From: Balanoglossus misakiensis
Lineage: Eukaryota > Animalia > Hemichordata
DNA: 64,000 bases
Assembly: GCA_040954595.2 (NCBI GenBank)
Contig: CM082593.2
Location: 8,627,200-8,691,199 of the forward strand
Reading direction: 5' to 3'
This document shows, in pieces, positions 1 through 11,577 of this stretch (its first letter is position 1; the number at the start of each line of letters is the position of its first letter). The notes beneath the pieces are model-generated. The model ran no database searches, was not told the origin of the DNA, and was given only the letters and a program-made list of their open reading frames with translations. The position numbers and the translations under genes were made by a program.

Positions 1-78
1 CAGACAAAATGAGGGGACAATACACACAGACATGTATGAATCTAAAACACACACATTCTTTAAAAAATTATTACAAAC

Positions 79-3000
79 CTTAGCAGCATTGCTGATGTCT
101 TTGCGACGTGCAAGAATTGCACAGAGGAGGAAGACAACAAATATGGTGATGAGCGTCCCCAACATGATGGGATTATCGGCAATTGTTAAAAATAGGGCGA
201 TGTCCTCAGCAAAATTTATTTCATAGGGTGCAACAAAAATACTAGTTCCAAAGAAACTTAGATGGTTGCATTCACATCTGATGGCTCTGATGGTAGAATC
301 TGCAGCTACCTGTAATTGGAGATAAAATAAAACTTGCTTGTTAGATTATAACCAGCATTACTATACCGATGTGTACATCTACACTTATGACAATTGAAAT
401 CAGTATGCACTAAAAAGTTCAGTATGGCTGCTTAGTCATACCAGCAATTATGCAAAGCAAACTGTTCACTTGATTAATTGTCCTTCGATTGAAATTATGC
501 AAAATAAACTCACTCATAAAATTTTAGACACATTATGAAATGTAAACAGATTAAATAACCATCTATTGAAACCACTTCAGTTTTACAGCCAGAAAATTAT
601 GGGACTGAATCAAGAGGCCTATTAACCTTGCATCCATCTGTCAGCCATGTTTCCTCTGTTTCATTCCAGTAACGGCACACGACTTGATAGACGGACAGAC
701 TGACATTCACTGACACATCCTCTGTCGACATGACCTCATCACCACCAACCCGAACACCTACGACGTATTTTCCGTTCTGGAACCTCTCACTGGGCTGAGA
801 AATCCACGTGTATTCCAAGTCTGCTGAGATGTTCCCTGCATTCCCGGAATTTGACGAATTAACAGCGCGTGGGAATGCCACAAAGTAGTCGTAACTCCGC
901 AGGCTGGGTTCACTCTCGAACTGAAGGTACATCTCAATCTCCGTCCACTGTGCATCTTGGGAACGAACTTCAAAGAGAACCGCTGCGTGCGGATCGTCCA
1001 TGGATACGTTCAGAAAAGTCAAGTTGCTCGTCTTGGCCATTGTGTATATTTCATGCGGAGTGAAGGCGTCGCCGTCGCTATGGGGAAGCAGAATCCGTAT
1101 GGGCTCCTCCAGATCCCGGACTGCGATTCCCGCGCCGTCTTTCTCGGCGAATTCTAAACTGCTGACTGATGATGTCACTTGTGAAGAGTTCCTCGTCCAG
1201 TGAAAGGGATTGGAGTTAAAGTGCTGTACCTACAAAAAATATCCAAGATTGCTAATTCAATCATTTTACAATTTTCCAAAGTGCAAGATGGTCCGCTGAA
1301 CTATCAATACAAGTTTGTTTTTACACTCTTAGTCTCCATAATTTCCAAGAGCATGTCATTTTTGTTTCGGAGTTATTGGGCAGTTATTGTCAGAGAATAA
1401 GGCTGGCCTCACAATATCAGTAATTTCATTTTAAAAAATAATTTATAGAAGTATTAACATTTTGGACAGAATGGTGGCGTTTAATTTGTATTTATCTCCC
1501 TTTTCCCCTGAATTGTCACATTTGAGATATACAGTGTACTCTTCCAAACACACCTTCATATCGACAACAGTATCAAACACTGACTCTGAATTCATTGTAT
1601 GAAAGATGACGTCATTCGATGGCAAGTTGAATTCGATGTCGCTACCACTGGATAGAGTCGTTCCTCCGATGTCATACAGTTCCTGTCTGTCAAACAGCAT
1701 GGACACGCTGTGCGATTTCATGACTGTTGCCTTCTCCCCGGGCACCTTACTCTCCAAGATGGCGTCCATGATGCTGTTTAATGCTGACACAGCGCCAGCA
1801 GAAATGTTGCGACTCTGAAACACAACAGGCACATTAGTGAAAACGCTAACAGTTCACTGATTTTTTTCTTTGTAATCTTTCATTAACATTTTCACATAAC
1901 ATCCATTTTTTTGTAAAAACTTAACTTACTGATGCTTGGGGTCCACTAATGGTAGCAATTTATAATAAATGGTGAAATTTGTACTGAACAAAATGAAATG
2001 CATTAGACGACTACATACCTTCTGGACACTGTCATCATCTGAACTCAAGTCTGAATCCAAAGTGGCATTTTCTGCGGCATGCAAATGAGCCGCATCAAAG
2101 ATATGATCAAGTGCTGCAACTACGGTAGATGAGGCCTGCTTGATGGTCTCAGAACTGACACCTTTTTTGGACTGATCCTTGAGGAAGTCTGCCATTTCTT
2201 TCAAAGCTGAGGTGGCTGTAGTCTGGGGAAAGAATGGAGGAGAAAAATAGTACTGTTTCATGTTGAATTTTTAATAGTGAGGATGAAGTTTATACTGAAC
2301 AACTTCAAAGCTTAATTTAGCTAGCAGTCACTTTTCCTAGGTTTTCGGTATTTTTGTTTTGTTTGTCTACTGCAGTTTAGTGTTCAAATCTTTGGAACAT
2401 GATAAAATGTTCATTATTTAGCTTATGGGAATTCATGGAAGAAAGAGGTTTGGATTGTTGTCTGGCTATGTAAGGGAAATGCTATTTGAGGGAATGTTGC
2501 ATGGTTTTGTTTGAAACATGTCATCACTGAGAAATGAAATCAAAGCAACTTGGTTAGGGTGGCTGTTTTTATGTGCATTAACATCATCCTTGCATTCAAA
2601 CCTATCTAGAAAAATGCAGACTACCTGTGCATCAACACTGACTTCTGATTCCTCTTTGGTTATTTGAGTTATGGCTGCTGACTGCTGTTGTACTCCTTCT
2701 AAGCTAGTCACTGTTTCTCTGGCTAGACTGTCAAGCATTGCTTCTCTGATCTAGAAAGTTAAAAAAAATGACTTTACACTTCAGTACAGAGCACAACTTT
2801 TACGTATCAAGGCATGGCAAGAAATGGCAGTTAGATTCAATTAGGGACTATTGAAGGAATCACAATGTTACACCACTTAAGAATCAAACAATTTACCTGG
2901 ATTCGTTGCTGCATTTTCTGATCCTGACCGGAATCATGTACTTCGGTTGACGTCTGGTCATCCGAGCTGTGACCTGCGTCGTCATCGCCGGGGGCAGAAT

Positions 3001-6000
3001 GGTGCATTGTGTGAGCCTCTTTCTCTGCCTCTGTGTTGAGCAAAGAAGTGACCACACCGATGAACTGAAACACAGACTGAGAGTCGCCCGATTCCAGCAG
3101 TTTATCCAGTTCTGAATCTTCGCCAGTTGTCAGCGACAGTACAGTGTCCTCAACATTGGTTTCTTCGGTCACTTCCTTGGGTGTGTCGTTGACCTGAAAT
3201 GAGAGACACAAGAAAACTGGGTCATGAAATCTAAATTGGCTCATCTTCACGACTACAAAACTCCTCAATGACCACAATTTGAAGTAAATGCTCACCTATG
3301 GTCAAACTAGCTACAATTCATGATTACAAAAGAAATTACTGAGTTGCAAAGTTTCAAACTGTTTTGTTGCAATCTCTTAACTACCTCATCTTAATTTGGC
3401 ACAATTCAAATCCAACAATTGGAGATGACACTAAAATTTCAATACTACACTCTGTAATTATGTCTACAGATCAGCAAAACAATTTAGATATTATTGCATA
3501 TTATAAGATGTATGATAAAACTTTTCATAGCTTTGATGTATTTTTGCATCCTTGAAGTCATAATACAGTTCAACGTCCTTCCCAAAAGCAAAGTTCAGAC
3601 CCTTCAGCCTTACAAACTGAGCTGCAAATATCTGGGCCATAAAAAAAAAGAATAACGATCGAATCTAATCTGCACGCAGCAGTCTTGATATTGCAATACT
3701 CACAGTGACATTCACATGTGTAGACACACCGACACCGTAGGAATCAAAGACTGTAATGTCGATCCTCACCACGTAGTCATTACTCGCCAAGCCAAGCGGA
3801 AGCAACAGATCGGTCGCCTCACTGTCGAGACCGTAATACAGAAGAGAACCTGGAAAGTACAAATACAAAATCCATCAAAAATTTAACAAAAGGTTGATCC
3901 CGATGTTAATAATTCAGCAAAACATGGTCATGTATTCTTTACTATCAACCATGTGATCTGCTCATGCGTTGTCATTTCCAGGTTGCGGGCAAGCAATATT
4001 TCGGCATACAGTAAAAGTTTTTTTCCGAGTATGTTTTTACTTTAGAACCGTCAGATACGTAACATGTATCAGGTATGGTGCCCCATCAGCCTCATGGCGT
4101 TTCGTCTGCACAGTTTTTGTCTGCACCACGTTGTTTTCTATGGAAAAATTGGACCGCCCCACACAGGCAAACAGGAGTGAAGAGTAAAATACAAGAATCC
4201 TAACCTGTGGCTGATGAAGTATCGGTGACAGGAACATTGTGCTCTGTACCAGTGCTGGCACTGAATTCATACTTGAGTGGTTTGTTGGGGTCGGAGAAAT
4301 CGGAGCAACTGACAGTGAACTTGGTCTGCAGCACAATTCCTGTGGTGGGACTTGCACGACAAGTGCCCATGCTTGGGGCTTGATTAACGGTGAATGTGTA
4401 CTCGGCAAAGCTGACAGCACCACTCCAACTTGTGACTGAAATTTAACATAAAATAAAAAGTGCACATCTGTTATCACAATATGAAATATCTGTGAACATC
4501 TCTGGGAATGTGTAACTTAGGTTGTCAGCGATGTAGATAATAGCCAGTCCGTGAAATCAAGGAAAAGGGGTACTTTTAACAGAACGGTTTGAAATATCCC
4601 CAGAAATATCTATCAGACACTCAAACTTCAGCCCGGACTTCACCAACTGTTCATTGTGCGTGCTCTCATTAAAAACTGGTACAAAATCCTGTTCGAGACT
4701 CGCCTTCTGATGCGATTATAGAAATATTACGTCTTCCTCTCCTGGATTTTGTAATTAAGGGGGTGTTTTTTGGTCTCATTTTCTTCCATATTTCTCAAAT
4801 TAAGGATGTACGCGCAGAACATAAACCGGAAACAGTGCGCGCCCGGTCTTTTTCCCATAGGATTACATTGAAAATTGCTAGAAAACAAACTTCTACTATT
4901 GTCATTTTCACAAAATTTTACACATAGCTCAGTCCAGCAAATATAAATTCATTGGTCAAATAAAATATAGGGGTCACCGCGCTCTATTTTGAGATAAATT
5001 GCGTCAAAAATTTTGCCCATAGACAAACCATTGGTGAAAAATGCTGAGTCAGCAGTTTTCTTCTATTATCGACTAAATTCAAGGCTCTGTATTTCAAAAA
5101 CAAGCGCGGTGACCCCTATATTTTATTACGGATTTTCATTATACATACACAGGAGAATCCAAAAATCCACAATTAAAAAAAATGACAATACTTTCAATTT
5201 TACTGAACGTACATCCTTAAGGGGGGTGTTTTTGATGAAAAGTGCCAGATTAGGGTCGTATCTTGAAATTTTGTGGAACGAGCATTGATGCCCAAACTAT
5301 GTTAGAATGACACCACCGGGCCTCAACTGTTTTCAAAATGGCCGCTGACAAATTATCATCCATACTTACTTGTAAGTCGGAATGTATATTCTTCTGCATA
5401 TGGACTGTCAAGGAATGTATTCGCTTTGATTGACAGATAGGCATTGCGTCTGTGTGTTGTTGCGTCTGTCCTCCAGTCAATATCCTGTTTCTCATTTCCT
5501 TCCCGACTCTTGAAAGTCCACCAGTACTGTGGGCGGGTGTAGAAGGTACAGTCTGTGCACTTGCCAGACAGGATCAATTTCTCAGAGGGATTCATTTCAC
5601 CCCCACAGTTTTTCAGACATCTGTCGAGAAGATTTCAGCCATGAAAAAACAGCACAACACAGACTTCCAAACATGCAGGCAGGGTTGAGATTCATACGTA
5701 CCGGTAAACCATGTACTAGAAAAGTTTACTGACTGAAATTTATCTCTGTAATTATACTGACATTAGTCCAAGCAATAAAGGAAGAGAAACCATGAAAGTT
5801 TTGTTTGATTTTGTCTTTTTGGGGGGTGGGGGTGGACAACCCATTGTCCTAATGGTCACCGCATTGTAATTAGCTTTGTGTCTACACTCAGTGGCCACCT
5901 GTCGCATTGTAAAGACCAAAAATGACAGGTGATATCTGCATATACCGATCGCAGCCACACTAAATCATTCCATGCAAATTTACAAAGAAACATGCAAAGT

Positions 6001-9000
6001 CAAATACAAACACACCAGCACAATGTCAGATCAAAGTCTCAATAATTCTGTTCTGAAATGCATCTATAGCTGAGTAAAAAAACGTAGATGAAACTCAAAC
6101 TGGTTTGAAATGTAAACACACACACCTCAGTTCTATGGTTGGTGGATCACCAGGTAAAACACTGAGTGTCTGATCAGAATGGATGCTACTTCGGCCATCT
6201 TTGCTCAGCAACAATCGAATGGTGTACGTCTTGTTTCCACGCAAACTGGCATGAGGCATGTTCCACACAGTTTTGTTGCTAAGGAACAGACCACTCCCAA
6301 GACAGCCACCTGGAAGAAATAACAGATGTACGAGTTGTACTAACTAGAACACCAAAGGTACTTAAGAAATTGTTCGGTTCTGTCCAGTTTATATAAGTTC
6401 TTCTAAAATGTGATGTCAAGGGACATGAAAAGGTATTCTAGATAGACAGGCTAGTATTAAAAATGTAAGTTTGATTGTGCAAAAAAAATTTCCAACATTT
6501 TAATTTCAAATACCAAACCAACTTGAACATGGACATTGAGAAGGTCCACCATTTTACAATAAACAAATTATTTGGACAGAAATACCTTTTCCCATTGCAC
6601 TGTCAGGACTCAGATCTTCCGGAAAAGTTTCATTGGCTTGCCGGCAGAACCACAGGAAAACAATTCCATGGTGAGGGTCAATGTCATCTGGGTCTCTCGA
6701 CTCACTTCCATCAAACACTATTGTCTGATTCCAACCTGTGCATCGAGACAGGAAAGGTGTTCACATTTACATCATACATGGCTGTATCAGTGAAGGAACT
6801 GGGGCAAGTGTATTGTCATCTATCAAGTATAAGTCCCATACAGTTCGATCTGGGCAGTCCCATACTGAAAGTGAAAGTCAACAGATGTAAAACATTGATA
6901 TGCTTACCAACAGCTCTTACTGAGCCACCAGATATCATAGGTAGGAGTGGAGATTTCTTGATCTCAACACGAGCCATATCAGAAGCGGAGGTAGCCACAT
7001 CAACCGTATTGATCACACTGACCGTCAGTTGGAAGATGAAACTGCCATAGCCCAGAGTGAAACTTGGAAGAGTGAAGGTGGTCGATGTAACGTCAATGGA
7101 TGGATCCAGGGTATAGATATTACCGTCTGCTGGCAGAGATGAACTGTCTTCTACCTGGTAGGCTTCCCATAAACTGGTCACAGCTTTTCGATCCCTGCAC
7201 TCGGCTGAGACTTGGCTGGTTAACGTGATCTCCTTGAATCTGCTGAAAGACGCAACTTCGGTTCCGCCACGAATATGTACACTTGGCGGAGGACATGCCG
7301 CAGCCTGCACTGTGACCTGAGTGGTTGAAACGGCTGCTGAAGTGGCACCCTGGCCGCTAAACGTGACTGTATATTCACCCTGTGTGTCATACGCGTGAGT
7401 GAACACGGCCCGACGTAGTTGAGCAGGATCAAAAGGAAAATTAATCTCGAAACCGTCAACATCAGCATCGAGCGAGGGCCATGAAAAGTCAAAAGGTGGG
7501 CTTCCATCACCGAAGTCGAAACTAAATATAGTTTTGTGTCCAATGTCTTCCGCAAATATCAGAAGAGCAACATCTTCATCCGGCGCAGATCGCCCACTGT
7601 TTAATACGACCATGTTTGTTATAGGCTTGACTATGATTACACTTTCCTCCAATGTGATGTTTCCATATTGATTTCCGACAATGACCCTCAGACCGTGAGT
7701 GCCTGACTCACTGAATTCCAGGGTGGTGTTCATTCCTTCTACAGGGTACGGCGTGTCGTCCACGTACAACTCCGCAAACTCTGCCGTTCCCGTGGAAACA
7801 ATGGTTAGGTCTATTGGCAGATTCACCAGGAATGGCGACTTGTGTAAAAATCCATCGTCAGACACTTGTGACACTGAAAATGATGATCATCAGACAAGAA
7901 CAGCTGAAAATAGCAGATAACTGCAGAACTGGGATTAATCAAGAGACCTTCTTTGTCCAAAATGAATATCTTTTTTTAGATTAAGGAGGATTCCCATTTC
8001 TGTGATCACATTTCCATAGTGAGACTGAGACATCCCATTGAAAGCAGATCCACGTTTATTTTTGTCATTTTGCACATCGCTCAGTCAAAAGAAATCAACT
8101 TCAATGCCAGCCTCATACTTAAGGTCAATTTTGATGAAAGTGTTTGCCAGAGAAAAAAAACCCATTGGTGACTCCAGCTATGGCCATTGTTTTGTCTGTC
8201 CTAGCTGTGTTGCATTCAAATATCAGTTTTCACCTCTTTGGTACAGATTGAAGACAACAACTTCACGCACCTTGTTTGAACTGAAATTCTACTCCCTCCA
8301 ACCTGCGAACGATGTACACACTTGCCATGAAAACATCGGGGTCGTCAAGGAATTCACTATCTTGCACAGTCACTGTGAAACTGAGCTGGCCAGACGGAGG
8401 ATTTTCTCGTGTTATTAAAAACCACTGTTTCTTCACATAAATCTGTGGCAGTTCCTGCTCCACTGAGGAGAAAGTCAGTAACACAATGCAATGAACATGC
8501 CAGGGAACCACATGGTATCACTATTGCCAAACTGATTATTTTCTTACAATTTTCGAGAAAAAAAATTATAATGCTATAATAGAGCTAGCAATTTGGTCAT
8601 TGTAGGTAAAATAGTAAGCACCTTTGATATCATTTTTATTTTACAGATATTATCTATTGTCCTAACTTATGAAAATATTTATAAACTTTTGAACTTGATC
8701 GGCTCAGAAGAATAAATGTATGTCTGAACGACATCAGAGGTCACACAGGGGTCAGGGACCAAAGAATAATCACAGACATTTTTTTGATAATCTAATAATT
8801 TTCAGTTTACAAAACAATAATGCTACCAGGATTTTTAAAGCTAAATACAATGTATAAAACACAAACTCAACTCAATCATTTTTTTACACTTTCTGTGATT
8901 AGTATAGTACATGTACTCTGAATTTTTGAACACCAAGACATATGAAAACTTACCTACAAAACCATCACTGAAGTGAACAGTGGCGTATGCTGGTGGGGTA

Positions 9001-11011
9001 GCCCCTTCTCTGAGCAGGTCACAAGAGATATTCAATGTGGACTGTGACATAGATGAGTGGGCGTATTTGTAATGATATCCCAGACCTCCTATTATTGGGT
9101 AGTAAAAATTTAGCTTCTCAGATATAACGAGTCGTACATAGAGAATGGCACCTGAATATTTATAGCCTCCTGAGTCAAACAGTTCCTCGTTGTAAGGGTG
9201 GTAGCCATATTGTGTAGCATATCTCAGATGTGGTGGAATTTCACCTGAAATAAGAAGAAGCAAGAGTAGCAAAATAAATTGAACCAAAGTCGCGTCCATG
9301 AATGTAAACCGAGCACCCGGGATCGACATTAAAGGTATACAGCCATCTATGAAAATTTAGTTACCATGGAAAATTGAGATCTAGACAATGACAAATTTTA
9401 AGTGGGTGGCACATGCGAAAAAAAAAGAGCGCCATCATGTGTTCTTTAGAACGCTCAGTCAGATATGCCATTTCAGCCATATTTGGGCTTATGTAAATTG
9501 GAGGTGACTGTATACCTTTAACCAGACGACAAATAGTGACGATAAGACACCGACAGGCATCGCGATGGCAAAGTCCCAAATATTCTCATTGAACAGTTCC
9601 AAAAAAACCATCCATAAGTTCCCTTTGTTATATTTATTTGGGTTAAACCTCCACATTTTCCCTGTTGCGTGCTAGTTGAGGGGCCAGTTTTAGCATTGCT
9701 CTAATATTGAGTATTTTTAGCATCGCTGTATTGAGCTCTCATCCAATGTAAACATCTAAATGTAACTTGGCATTCATGTTGCATATTGCAAAAATTGCAA
9801 GAGGACAACAGCATTCTACATTCTTAGAGCAAACACTAAGAAATCACTGGTATACTTACTGTGGACTAATATATACAGCATTTCAACAGGATAAGGTAAT
9901 ATCCAAGCCATGGGTATCACAAGCCATCTCAAAAAGCTGAATGTACCAAAATTTGGATACCAATCCATGAAGGATGCCATTGACCTCGGAAAAGCAAATT
10001 GATCATGACTAGCAGCCAATCTAAAATTCCAAAAAGCCAATTTGACATCAGGGTCGTATTCAAGAGTAGCATTGTACCATTTGCCAACAATGCCATAGCT
10101 TTTTACTGTTATCTTCGTTTTTCTGACCTTCTTCACTGTGAATTTGAGAAAAGGTAAATGGGTCAGAACAGCTGATATACCATCATTCATGTGTACACAT
10201 ACATTTTCTGAATTCAATTTCATGACACCAACCTTCGTTTTCTACAGGCAATGTTAATGCATATAATCTATTTTTTCACATATTCACTTAGCATTTTTGT
10301 ATGAATTCCCAATTATTTCAAATTTTACAGTGATCCGGTGCACATGGTTGCCTGCAACACCACAGGGGACTGCAAACATTAAAGTTATAAATGGTGGCGT
10401 TCCGATCTGCATTTTCCCCAATTAACAGTACTTGCTGAACAGTCTCTGTGCTTGTTTATTTTTCTGTGTTACCCCCACCTGTCTTATCAGTTGCTAATCC
10501 AGAATACTAGCTATCAAATTTCCCTAAGCACCTGCTAATGACTTAATCTGTGTGCCCCATCCACGGTTTAAGTGGATTAAGTAAACATTGGTCAGTTCTC
10601 ACTTGTTATACCTGGTACTCCCTGACCGATGTTTACTTTATCAACTTAATCCGTGGATGGGGCAAACAGATTAACTCGTTAGCAGGTGTTTAATGGGAAA
10701 TGCGATAGCTTTTATTCTGGATTAGCAAATGATAAGACAGGTGGGGAAAATCGGAACTCTGCCATTTATAATAATTGTAATGTTTGCAGCCCCCTGTGGC
10801 AACATTTGCTGCATCATGCATTCATGGTTCTGTTGCAGGCTAACCCCGAGCTACTTTTGCAACAAATTCAGACACCAGACCTTTTTTACTCACAGTATTC
10901 CTCTTCCGTAATGTGGTACGCAGAAGTCCAGTTTGACACGGCGATCAAACAGAGTAAACCGATGGACAAATGTTGTATGCTCATCAATGACATCATATGC
11001 GGTATTTGCAT
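79..11011 (-). CDS. Polycystin-1 family protein (PKD1-like, REJ/GAIN type), 5' part; gene continues beyond window start
   Basis: 16 GT-AG exons: 11011-10894, 10135-9860, 9244-8954, 8462-8271, 7873-6908, 6735-6586, 6309-6126, 5620-5370, 4435-4205, 3849-3704, 3193-2897, 2750-2625, 2222-2019, 1814-1554, 1229-627, 309-79. Signal peptide (MMSLMSIQHLSIGLLCLIAVSNWTSA), PKD-like FSFDFGDGS...THAYDTQGEYTVT, REJ-like FDGSESRDPD and LLLPLG, GPS motif CRYWNETEETWLTDGC...CECNHL/SFF, then TM1 (NPIMLGTLITIFVVFLLCAILARRKD). Confidence 0.9.
3935..4130 (-). mobile_element. Partial interspersed repeat, inverted copy of the element at 30879-31170
   Basis: Its reverse complement matches about 30985-31170 (catgaggctgat..ggcaccatacctgat..gatagtaaagaat). 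Confidence 0.7.
4800..5220. mobile_element. TTAA-flanked MITE family A (TIR GGATGTACG; Kolobok-like termini)
   Basis: ttaa-ggatgtacg...cgtacatcc-ttaa; further copies at 20923-21314 and 26151-26568, partial at about 15980-16199 and 31264-31500. Confidence 0.85.
9329..9521. mobile_element. TTAA-flanked MITE family C (TIR AGGTATACAG)
   Basis: ttaa-aggtatacag...ctgtatacct-ttaa; copies at 33398-33589, 18407-18593 and about 12985-13172. Confidence 0.85.
10360..10799. repeat. Foldback inverted repeat of about 440 bp in polycystin intron 1
   Basis: Inner arms 10473-10595 and 10622-10747 are reverse complements; outer arms 10360-10419 and 10743-10799 also pair. Confidence 0.85.
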
Positions 11012-11139
11012 GAACTTGACGGTAAAGTTAAAATCTCCTCCTTGATGGACTTTGCCAAACTTCCATAGTTAACTCAGAAAAGACCGATCAGTGTCTGCTT
11101 TCCCGAGTTCATCTAGATCATCTTCACGAATCAACGCCT

Positions 11140-11577
11140 ATGCTGTTATTTGAACATATTCTCTCTGCCTCCTCCTTGCGCCCTATTTCAAACGTTGAAC
11201 GACGCGACGCGTCGCGCGCGCGATCATCGCCGCGCCATCGCGTGATCGATCGTCCTCGCCATGCCTCGTTTACGAACACACCGTCCGACATCGATTCGCT
11301 GAACACTGCGTCTCACGTGACTTGGCAAAAAGACGTAGGTTTCCCCAGACTCATTCTTCCTCCAACCACGTTTCCAACGCAACGCGCATCTTCTGAGAAG
11401 CGTACCGGCTTCTTTCTCCCTCGCTCGCCCATAGCGCAGCCAGCGGTGGGAATGGGGCACGAAACGGACTGACATTTTATCTGAATCTGAATCTGAATCT
11501 GATTTGAGGTAAACCATAAAGTTCATAGTTCAAGGGTATTTTACCCATGATCCTGTGTTTAGCGGGAAAGAAGAATC
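11140..11577. promoter_or_regulatory. CpG-rich bidirectional promoter region between the polycystin-like gene and TFAM
   Basis: Dense CpG/GC stretch (gacgcgtcgcgcgcgcgatc) in CpG-poor DNA, between divergent start codons at 11011 (-) and 11578 (+). Confidence 0.7.

Noticed and set aside
6475-7050. 191-aa plus-strand ORF and similar ORFs opposite polycystin exons
   Set aside because: Antisense shadows of real minus-strand exons.
11124-11526. Arg-rich ORFs on both strands
   Set aside because: By-product of GC-rich promoter DNA.
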